From assembly GCF_009914755.1 (NCBI RefSeq), contig NC_060931.1: a DNA stretch of 64,000 nt; one strand, given 5' to 3'. Source of the DNA: the human T2T-CHM13v2.0 reference genome, Homo sapiens. The notes under the pieces were generated by a model. The model searched no databases. It worked only from the letters and a program-made list of their open reading frames with translations, and had not been told where the DNA came from. Positions 11,501 to 26,200 of the stretch are shown in pieces. The position numbers and the translations under genes were made by a program. Each line of letters starts with the position of its first letter. The stretch's first letter is position 1.

Positions 11501-14200
11501 ACTGTTTGTAAAGTCTGCAATTGGATATATGGACCTGTTTGAGGCCTTCGTTGGAAACGGGATTTCTTCATTGAATGCTAGACGGAAGGATTCTCAGTAA
11601 ATTCTTTGTGTTGTGTGCATTCAACTCACAGAGTGGAACGTCCCTTTAGACAGAGCAGATTTGAAACACTCTTTTTGCGGAATTTGCAAGTGGAGATTTC
11701 TAGCCATTTGATGCCAACAGTAGAAAGGGAAATATCTTCAAATAAAAACCAGACAGAATCATTCTCAGAAAATTCTTTGTGATGTGTGCGTTCAACTCAC
11801 ATAGTTTAACCTTTCTTTTCATAGAGCAGTTTGGAAACACTCTGTTTGTAAAGTCTGCAAGTGGATATATGGACCGCATTGAGGCCTTCGTTGGAAACGG
11901 GATTTCTTCATTTCATACTAGACAGAAGAATTCTCAGTAACTTCTTTGTGCTGTGTGTATTCAACTCACAGAGTGGAACGTCCCTTTGCACAGAGCAGAT
12001 TTGAAACACTCTTTTTGTGGAGTTTGCAAGTGGAGATTTCAAGCGATTTGATGCCAACAGTAGAAAAGGAAATATCTTCAAATAAAAACTAGACAGAATC
12101 ATTCTCAGAAACTACTTTGTGATGTGTGCCTTTAACTCACAGAGTTTAACCTTTCTTTTCTTAGAGCAGTTTAGAAACACTCTGCTTGTTATGTCTGCAA
12201 GTGGATATTTGGACCTCTTTGAGGCCTTCGTTGCAAACGGGGTTTCTTCCTTTAATGCTAGACTAAGAAGAGTTCTCAGTAACTTTTTTGTGTTGTGTGT
12301 ATTCAACTCACAGAGTTGAACCTTGCTTTAGAGAGAGCAGATTTAAAACACTCTTGCTGTGGCATTTTCAGGTGGAGATTTCAAGCGATTTGAGGACAAT
12401 TGCAGAAAAGGAAATATCTTCGTATAATAACCAGACAGAATCATTCTCAGAAAGTGCTTTGTGATGTGTGCGTTCGACTCACAGAGTTTAACCTTTCTTT
12501 TCATAGAGGAGTTTGGAAACACACTGTTTGTAAAGTCTGCAATTGGATATATGGACCTGTTTGAGGCCTCCGTTGGAAACGGGATTTCTTCATTGAATGC
12601 TAGACGGAAGAAATCTCAGTAAATTCTTTGTGTTGTGTGCATTCAACTCACAGAGTGGAACGTCCCTTTAGACAGAGCAGATTTGAAACACTCTTTTTGC
12701 GGAATTTGCAAGTGGAGATTTCTAGCCATTTGATGCCAACAGTAGAAAGGGAAATATCTTCAAATAAAAACCAGACAGAATCATTCTCAGAAAATTCTTT
12801 GTGATGTGTGCGTTCAACTCACATAGTTTAACCTTTCTTTTCATAGAGCAGTTTGGAAACACTCTGTTTGTAAAGTCTGCAAGTGGATATATGGACCGCA
12901 TTGAGGCCTTCGTTGGAAACGGGATTTCTTCATTTCATGCTAGACAGAAGAATTCTCAGTAACTTCTTTGTGCTGTGTGTATTCAACTCACAGAGTGGAA
13001 CGTCCCTTTGCACAGAGCAGATTTGAAACACTCTTTTTGTGGAGTTTGCAAGTGGAGATTTCAAGCGATTTGATGCCAACAGTAGAAAAGGAAGTATCTT
13101 CAAATAAAAACTAGACAGAATCATTCTCAGAAACTACTTTGTGATGTGTGCCTTCAACTCACAGAGTTTAACCTTTCTTTTCTTAGAGCAGCTTAGAAAC
13201 ACTCTGCTTGTTATGTCTGCAAGTGGATATTTGGACCTCTTTGAGGCCTTCGTTGCAAACGGGGTTTATTCCTTTAATGCTAGACTAAGAAGAGTTCTCA
13301 GTAACTTTTTTGTGTTGTGTGTATTCAACTCACAGAGTTGAACCTTGCTTTAGAGAGAGCAGATTTGAAACACTCTTGCTGTGGCATTTTCAGGTGGAGA
13401 TTTCAAACGATTTGAGGACAATTGCAGAAAAGGAAATATCTTCGTATAATAACCAGACAGAATCATTCTCAGAAAGTGCTTTGTGATGTGTGCGTTCAAC
13501 TCACAGAGTTTAACCTTTCCTTTCATAGAGGAGTTTGGAAACACACTGTTTGTAAAGTCTGCAAGTGGATATATGGACCTGTTTGAGGCCTTCGTTGGAA
13601 ACGGGATTTTATCATATAATGCTAGACGGAAGAATTCTCAGTAAATTCTTTGTGTTGTATGCATTCAACTCACAGAGTGGAACGTCCCTTTAGATAGAGC
13701 AGATTTGAAACACTCTTTTTGCGGAATTTGCAAGTGGAGATTTCTAGCCATTTGATGCCAACAGTAGAAAGTTAAATATCTTCAAATAAAAACCAGACAG
13801 AATCATTCTCAGAAAATTCTTTGTGATGTGTGCGTTCAACTCACATAGTTTAACCTTTCTTTTCATAGAGCAGTTTGGAAACACTCTGTTTGTAAAGTCT
13901 GCAAGTGGATATATGGACCGCATTGAGGCCTTCGTTGGAAACGGGATTTCTTCATTTCATGCTAGACAGAAGAATTCTCAGTAACTTCTTTGTGCTGTGT
14001 GTATTCAACTCACAGAGTGGAACGTCCCTTTACACAGAGCAGATTTGAAACACTCTTTTTGTGGAGTTTGCAAGTGGAGATTTCAAGCGATTTGATGCCA
14101 ACAGTAGAAAAGGAAATATCTTCAAATAAAAACTAGACAGAATCATTCTCAGAAACTACTTTGTGATGTGTGCCTTCAACTCACAGAGTTTAACCTTTCT
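8520..14200 (+). repeat. Tandem 3-HOR duplication (period 3066 bp)
   Basis: Shared variants: GGATTC 8522/11588, CATACTAG 8851/11917, GCCTTTAAC about 9067/12133, GATTTAAAAC about 9279/12345, TAGATAG 10629/13695. Ends are approximate. Confidence 0.8.
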
Positions 14201-17200
14201 TTTCTTAGAGCAGCTTAGAAACACTCTGCTTGTTATGTCTGCAAGTGGATATTTGGACCTCTTTGAGGCCTTCGTTGCAAACGGGGTTTCTTCCTTTAAT
14301 GCTAGACTAAGAAGAGTTCTCAGTAACTTTTTTGTGTTGTGTGTATTCAACTCACAGAGTTGAACCTTGCTTTAGAGAGAGCAGATTTGAAACACTCTCG
14401 CTGTGGAATTTTCAGGTGGAGATTTCAAGCGATTTGAGGACAATTGCAGAAAAGGAAATATCTTCGTATAATAACCAGACAGAATCATTCTCAGAAAGTG
14501 CTTTGTGATGTGTGCGTTCAACTCACAGAGTTTAACCTTTCTTTTCATAGAGGAGTTTGGAAACACACTGTTTGTAAAGTCTGCAATTGGATATATGGAC
14601 CTGTTTGAGGCCTTCGTTGGAAACGGGATTTCTTCATTGAATGCTAGGCGGAAGAATTCTCAGTAAATTCTTTGTGTTGTGTGCATTCAACTCACAGAGT
14701 GGAACGTCCCTTTAGACAGAGCAGATTTGAAACACTCTTTTTGCGGAATTTGCAAGTGGAGATTTCTAGCCATTTGATGCCAACAGTAGAAAGGGAAATA
14801 TCTTCAAATAAAAACCAGACAGAATCATTCTCAGAAAATTCTTTGTGATGTGTGCGTTCAACTCACATAGTTTAACCTTTCTTTTCATAGAGCAGTTTGG
14901 AAACACTCTGTTTGTAAAGTCTGCAAGTGGATATATGGACCGCATTGAGGCCTTCGTTGGAAATGGGATTTCTTCATTTCATGCTAGACAGAAGAATTCT
15001 CAGTAACTTCTTTGTGCTGTGTGTATTCAACTCACAGAGTGGAACGTCCCTTTGCACAGAGCAGATTTGAAACACTCTTTTTGTGGAGTTTGCAAGTGGA
15101 GATTTCAAGCGATTTGATGCCAACAGTAGAAAAGGAAATATCTTCAAATAAAAACTAGACAGAATCATTCTCAGAAACTACTTTGTGATGTGTGCCTTCA
15201 ACTCACAGAGTTTAACCTTTCTTTTCTTAGAGCAGTTTAGAAACACTCTGCTTGTTATGTCTGCAAGTGGATATTTGGACCTCTTTGAGGCCTTCGTTGC
15301 AAACGGGGTTTCTTCCTTTCATGCTAGACTAAGAAGAGTTCTCAGTAACTTTTTTGTGTTGTGTGTATTCAACTCACAGAGTTGAACCTTGCTTTAGAGA
15401 GAGCAGATTTGAAACACTCTTGCTGTGGCATTTTCAGGTGGAGATTTCAAGCGATTTGAGGACAATTGCAGAAAAGGAAATATCTTCGTATAATAACCAG
15501 ACAGAATCATTCTCAGAAAGTGCTTTGTGATGTGTGCGTTCAACTCACAGAGTTTAACCTTTCTTTTCATAGAGGAGTTTGGAAACACACTGTTTGTAAA
15601 GTCTGCAATTGGATATATGGACCTGTTTGAGGCCTTCGTTGGAAACGGGATTTCTTCATTGAATGCTAGACGGAAGAATTCTCAGTAAATTCTTTGTGTT
15701 GTGTGCATTCAACTCACAGAGTGGAACGTCCCTTTAGACAGAGCAGATTTGAAACACTCTTTTTGCGGAATTTGCAAGTGGAGATTTCTAGCCATTTGAT
15801 GCCAACAGTAGAAAGGGAAATATCTTCAAATAAAAACCAGACAGAATCATTCTCAGAAAATTCTTTGTGATGTGTGCGTTCAACTCACATAGTTTAACCT
15901 TTCTTTTCATAGAGCAGTTTGGAAACACTCTGTTTGTAAAGTCTGCAAGTGGATATATGGACCGCATTGAGGCCTTCGTTGGAAACGGGATTTCTTCATT
16001 TCATGCTAGACAGAAGAATTCTCAGTAACTTCTTTGTGCTGTGTGTATTCAACTCACAGAGTGGAACGTCCCTTTACACAGAGCAGATTTGAAACACTCT
16101 TTTTGTGGAGTTTGCAAGTGGAGATTTCAAGCGATTTGATGCCAACAGTAGAAAATGAAATATCTTCAAATAACAACTAGACAGAATCATTCTCAGAAAC
16201 TACTTTGTGATGTGTGCCTTCAACTCACAGAGTTTAACCTTTCTTTTCTTAGAGCAGTTTAGAAACACTCTGCTTGTTATGTCTGCAAGTGGATATTTGG
16301 ACCTCTTTGAGGCCTTCGTTACAAACGGGGTTTCTTCCTTTAATGCTAGACTAAGAAGAGTTCTCAGTAACTTTTTTGTGTTGTGTGTATTCAACTCACA
16401 GAGTTGAACCTTGCTTTAGAGAGAGCAGATTTGAAACACTCTCGCTGTGGAATTTTCAGGTGGAGATTTCAAGCGATTTGAGGACAATTGCAGAAAAGGA
16501 AATATCTTCGTATAATAAACAGACAGAATCATTCTCAGAAAGTGCTTTGTGATGTGTGCGTTCAACTCACAGAGTTTAACCATTCTTTTCATAGAGGAGC
16601 TTGGAAACACACTGTTTGTAAAGTCTGCAATTGGATATATGGACCTGTTTGAGGCCTCCGTTGGAAACGGGATTTCTTCATTGAATGCTAGACGGAAGAA
16701 TTCTCAGTAAATTCTTTGTGTTGTGTGCATTCAACTCACAGAGTGGAACGTCCCTTTAGACAGAGCAGATTTGAAACACTCTTTTTGCGGAATTTGCAAG
16801 TGGAGATTTCTAGCCATTTGATGTCAACAGTAGAAAGGGAAATATCTTCAAATAAAAACCAGACAGAATCATTCTCAGAAAATTCTTTGTTATGTGTGCG
16901 TTCAACTCACATAGTTTAACCTTTCTTTTCATAGAGCAGTTTGGAAACACTCTGTTTGTAAAGTCTGCAAGTGGATATATGGACCGCATTGAGGCCTTCG
17001 TTGGAAACGGGATTTCTTCATTTCATGCTAGACAGAAGAATTCTCAGTAACTTCTTTGTGCTGTGTGTATTCAACTCACAGAGTGGAACGTCCCTTTGCA
17101 CAGAGCAGATTTGAAACACTCTTTTTGTGGAGTTTGCAAGTGGAGATTTCAAGCGATTTGATGCCAACAGTAGAAAAGGAAATATCTTCAAATAAAAACT

Positions 17201-20200
17201 AGACAGAATCATTCTCAGAAACTACTTTGTGATGTGTGCCTTCAACTCACAGAGTTTAACCTTTCTTTTCTTAGAGCAGTTTAGAAACACTCTGCTTGTT
17301 ATGTCTGCAAGTGGATATTTGGACCTCTTTGAGGCCTTCGTTGCAAACGGGGTTTCTTCCTTTCATGCTAGACTAAGAAGAGTTCTCAGTAACTTTTTTG
17401 TGTTGTGTGTATTCAACTCACAGAGTTGAACCTTGCTTTAGAGAGAGCAGATTTGAAACACTCTTGCTGTGGCATTTTCAGGTGGAGATTTCAAGCGATT
17501 TGAGGACAATTGCAGAAAAGGAAATATCTTCGTATAATAACCAGACAGAATCATTCTCAGAAAGTGCTTTGTGATGTGTGCGTTCAACTCACAGAGTTTA
17601 ACCTTTCTTTTCATAGAGGAGTTTGGAAACACACTGTTTGTAAAGACTGCAAGTGGATATATGGACCTGTTTGAGGCCTTCGTTGGAAACGGGATTTCTT
17701 CATTGAATGCTAGACGGAAGAATTCTCAGTAAATTCTTTGTGTTGTGTGCATTCAACTCACAGAGTGGAACGTCCCTTTAGACAGAGCAGATTTGAAACA
17801 CTCTTTTTGCGGAATTTGCAAGTGGAGATTTCTAGCCATTTGATGCCAACAGTAGAAAGGGAAATATCTTCAAATAAAAACCAGACAGAATCATTCTCAG
17901 AAAATTCTTTGTGATGTGTGCGTTCAACTCACATAGTTTAACCTTTCTTTTCATAGAGCAGTTTGGAAACACTCTGTTTGTAAAGTCTGCAAGTGGATAT
18001 ATGGACCGCATTGAGGCCTTCGTTGGAAACGGGATTTCTTCATTTCATGCTAGACAGAAGAATTCTCAGTAACTTCTTTGTGCTGTGTGTATTCAACTCA
18101 CAGAGTGCAACGTCCCTTTACACAGAGCAGATTTGAAACACTCTTTTTGTGGAGTTTGCAAGTGGAGATTTCAAGCGATTTTATGCCAACAGTAGAAAAG
18201 GAAATATCTTCAAATAAAAACTAGACAGAATCATTCTCAGAAACTACTTTGTGATGTGTGCCTTCAACTCACAGAGTTTAACCTTTCTTTTCTTAGAGCA
18301 GCTTAGAAACACTCTGCTTGTTATGTCTGCAAGTGGATATTTGGACCTCTTTGAGGCCTTCGTTGCAAACGGGGTTTCTTCCTTTCATGCTAGACTAAGA
18401 AGAGTTCTCAGTAACTTTTTTGTGTTGTGTGTATTCAACTCACAGAGTTGAACCTTGCTTTAGAGAGAGCAGATTTGAAACACTCTCGCTGTGGCATTAT
18501 CAGGTGGAGATTTCAAACGATTTGAGGACAATTGCAGAAAAGGAAATATCTTCGTATAATAACCAGACAGAATCATTCTCAGAAAGTGCTTTGTGATGTG
18601 TGCGTTCAACTCACAGAGTTTAACCTTTCTTTTCATAGAGGAGTTTGGAAACACACTGTTTGTAAAGTCTGCAATTGGATATATGGACCTGTTTGAGGCC
18701 TTCGTTGGAAACGGGATTTCTTCATTGAATGCTAGACGGAAGAAATCTCAGTAAATTCTTTGTGTTGTGTGCATTCAACTCACAGAGTGGAACGTCCCTT
18801 TAGACAGAGCAGATTTGAAACACTCTTTTTGCGGAATTTGCAAGTGGAGATTTCTAGCCATTTGATGCCAACAGTAGAAAGGGAAATATCTTCAAATAAA
18901 AACCAGACAGAATCATTCTCAGAAAATTCTTTGTGATGTGTGCGTTCAACTCACATAGTTTAACCTTTCTTTTCATAGAGCAGTTTGGAAACACTCTGTT
19001 TGTAAAGTCTGCAAGTGGATATATGGACCGCATTGAGGCCTTCGTTGGAAACGGGATTTCTTCATTTCATGCTAGACAGAAGAATTCTCAGTAACTTCTT
19101 TGTGCTGTGTGTATTCAACTCACAGAGTGGAACGTCCCTTTGCACAGAGCAGATTTGAAACACTCTTTTTGTGGAGTTTGCAAGTGGAGATTTCAAGCGA
19201 TTTGATGCCAACAGTAGAAAAGGAAGTATCTTCAAATAAAAACTAGACAGAATCATTCTCAGAAACTACTTTGTGATGTGTGCCTTCAACTCACCGAGTT
19301 TAACCTTTCTTTTCTGAGAGCAGCTTAGAAACACTCTGCTTGTTATGTCTGCAAGTTGATATTTGGACCTCTTTGAGGCCTTCGTTGCAAACGGGGTTTC
19401 TTCCTTTAATGCTAGACTAAGAAGAGTTCTCAGTAACTTTTTTGTGTTGTGTGTATTCAACTCACAGAGTTGAACCTTGCTTTAGAGAGAGCAGATTTGA
19501 AACACTCTTGCTGTGGCATTTTCAGGTGGAGATTTCAAGCGATTTGAGGACAATTGCAGAAAAGGAAATATCTTCGTATAATAACCAGACAGAATCATTC
19601 TCAGAAAGTGCTTTGTGATGTGTGCGTTCAACTCACAGAGTTTAACCTTTCTTTTCATAGAGGAGTTTGGAAACACACTATTTGTAATGTCTGCAATTGG
19701 ATATATGGACCTGTTTGAGGCCTTCGTTGGAAACGGGATTTCTTCATTGAATGCTAGACGGAAGAATTCTCAGTAAATTCTTTGTGTTGTGTGCATTCAA
19801 CTCACAGAGTGGAACGTCCCTTTAGACAGAGCAGATTTGAAACACTTTTTGGCGGAATTTGCAAGTGGAGATTTCTAGCCATTTGATGCCAACAGTAGAA
19901 AGGGAAATATCTTCAAATAAAAACCAGACAGAATCATTCTCAGAAAATTCTTTGTGATGTGTGCGTTCAACTCACATAGTTTAACCTTTCTTTTCATAGA
20001 GCAGTTTGGAAACACTCTGTTTGTAAAGTCTGCAAGTGGATATATGGACCGCATTGAGGCCTTCGTTGGAAACGGGATTTCTTCATTTCATGCTAGACAG
20101 AAGAATTCTCAGTAACTTCTTTGTGCTGTGTGTATTCAACTCACAGTGTGGAACGTCCCTTTACACAGAGCAGATTTGAAACACTCTTTTTGTGGAGTTT

Positions 20201-23200
20201 GCAAGTGGAGATTTCAAGCGATTTGATGCCAACAGTAGAAAATGAAATATCTTCAAATAAAAACTAGACAGAATCATTCTCAGAAACTACTTTGTGATGT
20301 GTGCCTTCAACTCACAGAGTTTAACCTTTCTTTTCTTAGAGCAGTTTAGAAACACTCTGCTTGTTATGTCTGCAAGTGGATATTTGGACCTCTTTGAGGC
20401 CTTCGTTGCAAACGGGGTTTCTTCCTTTAATGCTAGACTAAGAAGAGTTCTCAGTAACTTTTCTGTGTTGTGTGTATTCAACTCACAGAGTTGAACCTTG
20501 CTTTAGAGAGAGCAGATTTGAAACACTCTCGCTGTGGAATTTTCAGGTGGAGATTTCAAGCGATTTGAGGACAATTGCAGAAAAGGAAATATCTTCGTAT
20601 AATAACCAGACAGAATCATTCTCAGAAAGTGCTTTGTGATGTGTGCGTTCAACTCACAGAGTTTAACCTTTCTTTTCATAGAGGAGTTTGGAAACACACT
20701 GTTTGTAAAGTCTGCAATTGGATATATGGACCTGTTTGAGGCCTTCGTTGGAAACGGGATTTCTTCATTGAATGCTAGACGGAAGGATTCTCAGTAAATT
20801 CTTTGTGTTGTGTGCATTCAACTCACAGAGTGGAACGTCCCTTTAGACAGAGCAGATTTGAAACACTCTTTTTGCGGAATTTGCAAGTGGAGATTTCTAG
20901 CCATTTGATGCCAACAGTAGAAAGGGAAATATCTTCAAATAAAAACCAGACAGAATCATTCTCAGAAAATTCTTTGTGATGTGTGCGTTCAACTCACATA
21001 GTTTAACCTTTCTTTTCATAGAGCAGTTTGGAAACACTCTGTTTGTAAAGTCTGCAAGTGGATATATGGACCGCATTGAGGCCTTCGTTGGAAACGGGAT
21101 TTCTTCATTTCATGCTAGACAGAAGAATTCTCAGTAACTTCTTTGTGCTGTGTGTATTCAACTCACAGAGTGGAACGTCCCTTTACACAGAGCAGATTTG
21201 AAACACTCTTTTTGTGGAGTTTGCAAGTGGAGATTTCAAGCGATTTGATGCCAACAGTAGAAAAGGAAATATCTTCAAATAAAAACTAGACAGAATCATT
21301 CTCAGAAACTACTTTGTGATGTGTGCCTTCAACTCACAGAGTTTAACCTTTCTTTTCTTAGAGCAGTTTAGAAACACTCTGCTTGTTATGTCTGCAAGTG
21401 GATATTTGGACCTCTTTGAGGCCTTCGTTGCAAACGGGGTTTCTTCCTTTCATGCTAGACTAAGAAGAGTTCTCAGTAACTTTTTTGTGTTGTGTGTATT
21501 CAACTCACAGAGTTGAACCTTGCTTTAGAGAGAGCAGATTTGAAACACTCTTGCTGTGGCATTTTCAGGTGGAGATTTCAAGCGATTTGAGGACAATTGC
21601 AGAAAAGGAAATATCTTCGTATAATAACCAGACAGAATCATTCTCAGAAAGTGCTTTGTGATGTGTGCGTTCAACTCACAGAGTTTAACCTTTCTTTTCA
21701 TAGAGGAGTTTGGAAACACACTGTTTGTAAAGTCTGCAAGTGGATATATGGACCTGTTTGAGGCCTTCGTTGGAAACGGGATTTCTTCATTGAATGCTAG
21801 ACGGAAGAATTCTCAGTAAATTCTTTGTGTTGTGTGCATTCAACTCACAGAGTGGAACGTCCCTTTAGACAGAGCAGATTTGAAACACTCTTTTTGCGGA
21901 ATTTGCAAGTGGAGATTTCTAGCCATTTGATGCCAACAGTAGAAAGGGAAATATCTTCAAATAAAAACCAGACAGAATCATTCTCAGAAAATTCTTTGTG
22001 ATGTGTGCGTTCAACTCACATAGTTTAACCTTTCTTTTCATAGAGCAGTTTGGAAACACTCTGTTTGTAAAGTCTGCAAGTGGATATATGGACCGCATTG
22101 AGGCCTTCGTTGGAAACGGGATTTCTTCATTTCATGCTAGACAGAAGAATTCTCAGTAACTTCTTTGTGCTGTGTGTATTCAACTCACAGAGTGGAACGT
22201 CCCTTTGCACAGAGCAGATTTGAAACACTCTTTTTGTGGAGTTTGCAAGTGGAGATTTCAAGCGATTTGATGCCAACAGTAGAAAAGGAAATATCTTCAA
22301 ATAAAAACTAGACAGAATCATTCTCAGAAACTACTTTGTGATGTGTGCCTTCAACTCACAGAGTTTAACCTTTCTTTTCTTAGAGCAGTTTAGAAACACT
22401 CTGCTTGTTATGTCTGCAAGTGGATATTTGGACCTCTTTGAGGCCTTCGTTGCAAACGGGGTTTCTTCCTTTCATGCTAGACTAAGAAGAGTTCTCAGTA
22501 ACTTTTTTGTGTTGTGTGTATTCAACTCACAGAGTTGAACCTTGCTTTAGAGAGAGCAGATTTGAAACACTCTCGCTGTGGCATTTTCAGGTGGAGATTT
22601 CAAACGATTTGAGGACAATTGCAGAAAAGGAAATATCTTCGTATAATAACCAGACAGAATCATTCTCAGAAAGTGCTTTGTGATGTGTGCGTTCAACTCA
22701 CAGAGTTTAACCTTTCTTTTCATAGAGGAGTTTGGAAACACACTGTTTGTAAAGTCTGCAAGTGGATATATGGACCTGTTTGAGGCCTTCGTTGGAAACG
22801 GGATTTCTTCATTGAATGCTAGACGGAAGAATTCTCAGTAAATTCTTTGTGTTGTGTGCATTCAACTCACAGAGTGGAACGTCCCTTTAGACAGAGCAGA
22901 TTTGAAACACTCTTTTTGCGGAATTTGCAAGTGGAGATTTCTAGCCATTTGATGCCAACAGTAGAAAGGGAAATATCTTCAAATAAAAACCAGACAGAAT
23001 CATTCTCAGAAAATTCTTTGTGATGTGTGCGTTCAACTCACATAGTTTAACCTTTCTTTTCATAGAGCAGTTTGGAAACACTCTGTTTGTAAAGTCTGCA
23101 AGTGGATATATGGACCGCATTGAGGCCTTCGTTGGAAACGGGATTTCTTCATTTCATGCTAGACAGAAGAATTCTCAGTAACTTCTTTGTGCTGTGTGTA

Positions 23201-26200
23201 TTCAACTCACAGAGTGGAACGTCCCTTTGCACAGAGCAGATTTGAAACACTCTTTTTGTGGAGTTTGCAAGTGGAGATTTCAAGCGATTTGATGCCAACA
23301 GTAGAAAAGGAAGTATCTTCAAATAAAAACTAGACAGAATCATTCTCAGAAACTACTTTGTGATGTGTGCCTTCAACTCACCGAGTTTAACCTTTCTTTT
23401 CTGAGAGCAGTTTAGAAACACTCTGCTTGTTATGTCTGCAAGTTGATATTTGGACCTCTTTGAGGCCTTCGTTGCAAACGGGGTTTCTTCCTTTAATGCT
23501 AGACTAAGAAGAGTTCTCAGTAACTTTTTTGTGTTGTGTGTATTCAACTCACAGAGTTGAACCTTGCTTTAGAGAGAGCAGATTTGAAACACTCTTGCTG
23601 TGGCATTTTCAGGTGGAGATTTCAAGCGATTTGAGGACAATTGCAGAAAAGGAAATATCTTCGTATAATAACCAGACAGAATCATTCTCAGAAAGTGCTT
23701 TGTGATGTGTGCGTTCGACTCACAGAGTTTAACCTTTCTTTTCATAGAGGAGTTTGGAAACACACTGTTTGTAAAGTCTGCAATTGGATATATGGACCTG
23801 TTTGAGGCCTCCGTTGGAAACGGGATTTCTTCATTGAATGCTAGACGGAAGAAATCTCAGTAAATTCTTTGTGTTGTGTGCATTCAACTCACAGAGTGGA
23901 ACGTCCCTTTAGACAGAGCAGATTTGAAACACTCTTTTTGCGGAATTTGCAAGTGGAGATTTCTAGCCATTTGATGCCAACAGTAGAAAGGGAAATATCT
24001 TCAAATAAAAACCAGACAGAATCATTCTCAGAAAATTCTTTGTGATGTGTGCGTTCAACTCACATAGTTTAACCTTTCTTTTCATAGAGCAGTTTGGAAA
24101 CACTCTGTTTGTAAAGTCTGCAAGTGGATATATGGACCGCATTGAGGCCTTCGTTGGAAACGGGATTTCTTCATTTCATGCTAGACAGAAGAATTCTCAG
24201 TAACTTCTTTGTGCTGTGTGTATTCAACTCACAGAGTGGAACGTCCCTTTGCACAGAGCAGATTTGAAACACTCTTTTTGTGGAGTTTGCAAGTGGAGAT
24301 TTCAAGCGATTTGATGCCAACAGTAGAAAAGGAAGTATCTTCAAATAAAAACTAGACAGAATCATTCTCAGAAACTACTTTGTGATGTGTGCCTTCAACT
24401 CACAGAGTTTAACCTTTCTTTTCTTAGAGCAGCTTAGAAACACTCTGCTTGTTATGTCTGCAAGTGGATATTTGGACCTCTTTGAGGCCTTCGTTGCAAA
24501 CGGGGTTTATTCCTTTAATGCTAGACTAAGAAGAGTTCTCAGTAACTTTTTTGTGTTGTGTGTATTCAACTCACAGAGTTGAACCTTGCTTTAGAGAGAG
24601 CAGATTTGAAACACTCTTGCTGTGGCATTTTCAGGTGGAGATTTCAAACGATTTGAGGACAATTGCAGAAAAGGAAATATCTTCGTATAATAACCAGACA
24701 GAATCATTCTCAGAAAGTGCTTTGTGATGTGTGCGTTCAACTCACAGAGTTTAACCTTTCCTTTCATAGAGGAGTTTGGAAACACACTGTTTGTAAAGTC
24801 TGCAAGTGGATATATGGACCTGTTTGAGGCCTTCGTTGGAAACGGGATTTTATCATATAATGCTAGACGGAAGAATTCTCAGTAAATTCTTTGTGTTGTA
24901 TGCATTCAACTCACAGAGTGGAACGTCCCTTTAGATAGAGCAGATTTGAAACACTCTTTTTGCGGAATTTGCAAGTGGAGATTTCTAGCCATTTGATGCC
25001 AACAGTAGAAAGTTAAATATCTTCAAATAAAAACCAGACAGAATCATTCTCAGAAAATTCTTTGTGATGTGTGCGTTCAACTCACATAGTTTAACCTTTC
25101 TTTTCATAGAGCAGTTTGGAAACACTCTGTTTGTAAAGTCTGCAAGTGGATATATGGACCGCATTGAGGCCTTCGTTGGAAACGGGATTTCTTCATTTCA
25201 TGCTAGACAGAAGAATTCTCAGTAACTTCTTTGTGCTGTGTGTATTCAACTCACAGAGTGGAACGTCCCTTTACACAGAGCAGATTTGAAACACTCTTTT
25301 TGTGGAGTTTGCAAGTGGAGATTTCAAGCGATTTGATGCCAACAGTAGAAAAGGAAATATCTTCAAATAAAAACTAGACAGAATCATTCTCAGAAACTAC
25401 TTTGTGATGTGTGCCTTCAACTCACAGAGTTTAACCTTTCTTTTCTTAGAGCAGCTTAGAAACACTCTGCTTGTTATGTCTGCAAGTGGATATTTGGACC
25501 TCTTTGAGGCCTTCGTTGCAAACGGGGTTTCTTCCTTTAATGCTAGACTAAGAAGAGTTCTCAGTAACTTTTTTGTGTTGTGTGTATTCAACTCACAGAG
25601 TTGAACCTTGCTTTAGAGAGAGCAGATTTGAAACACTCTCGCTGTGGAATTTTCAGGTGGAGATTTCAAGCGATTTGAGGACAATTGCAGAAAAGGAAAT
25701 ATCTTCGTATAATAACCAGACAGAATCATTCTCAGAAAGTGCTTTGTGATGTGTGCGTTCAACTCACAGAGTTTAACCTTTCTTTTCATAGAGGAGTTTG
25801 GAAACACACTGTTTGTAAAGTCTGCAATTGGATATATGGACCTGTTTGAGGCCTTCGTTGGAAACGGGATTTCTTCATTGAATGCTAGGCGGAAGAATTC
25901 TCAGTAAATTCTTTGTGTTGTGTGCATTCAACTCACAGAGTGGAACGTCCCTTTAGACAGAGCAGATTTGAAACACTCTTTTTGCGGAATTTGCAAGTGG
26001 AGATTTCTAGCCATTTGATGCCAACAGTAGAAAGGGAAATATCTTCAAATAAAAACCAGACAGAATCATTCTCAGAAAATTCTTTGTGATGTGTGCGTTC
26101 AACTCACATAGTTTAACCTTTCTTTTCATAGAGCAGTTTGGAAACACTCTGTTTGTAAAGTCTGCAAGTGGATATATGGACCGCATTGAGGCCTTCGTTG

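Noticed and set aside
16314-16330. CENP-B box variant CTTCGTTACAAACGGGG (also about 27555), and the flanking variants GAGGTCTTCG and GGGATTAC
   Set aside because: The changes are at non-core or flanking positions, so these were not counted as broken boxes.
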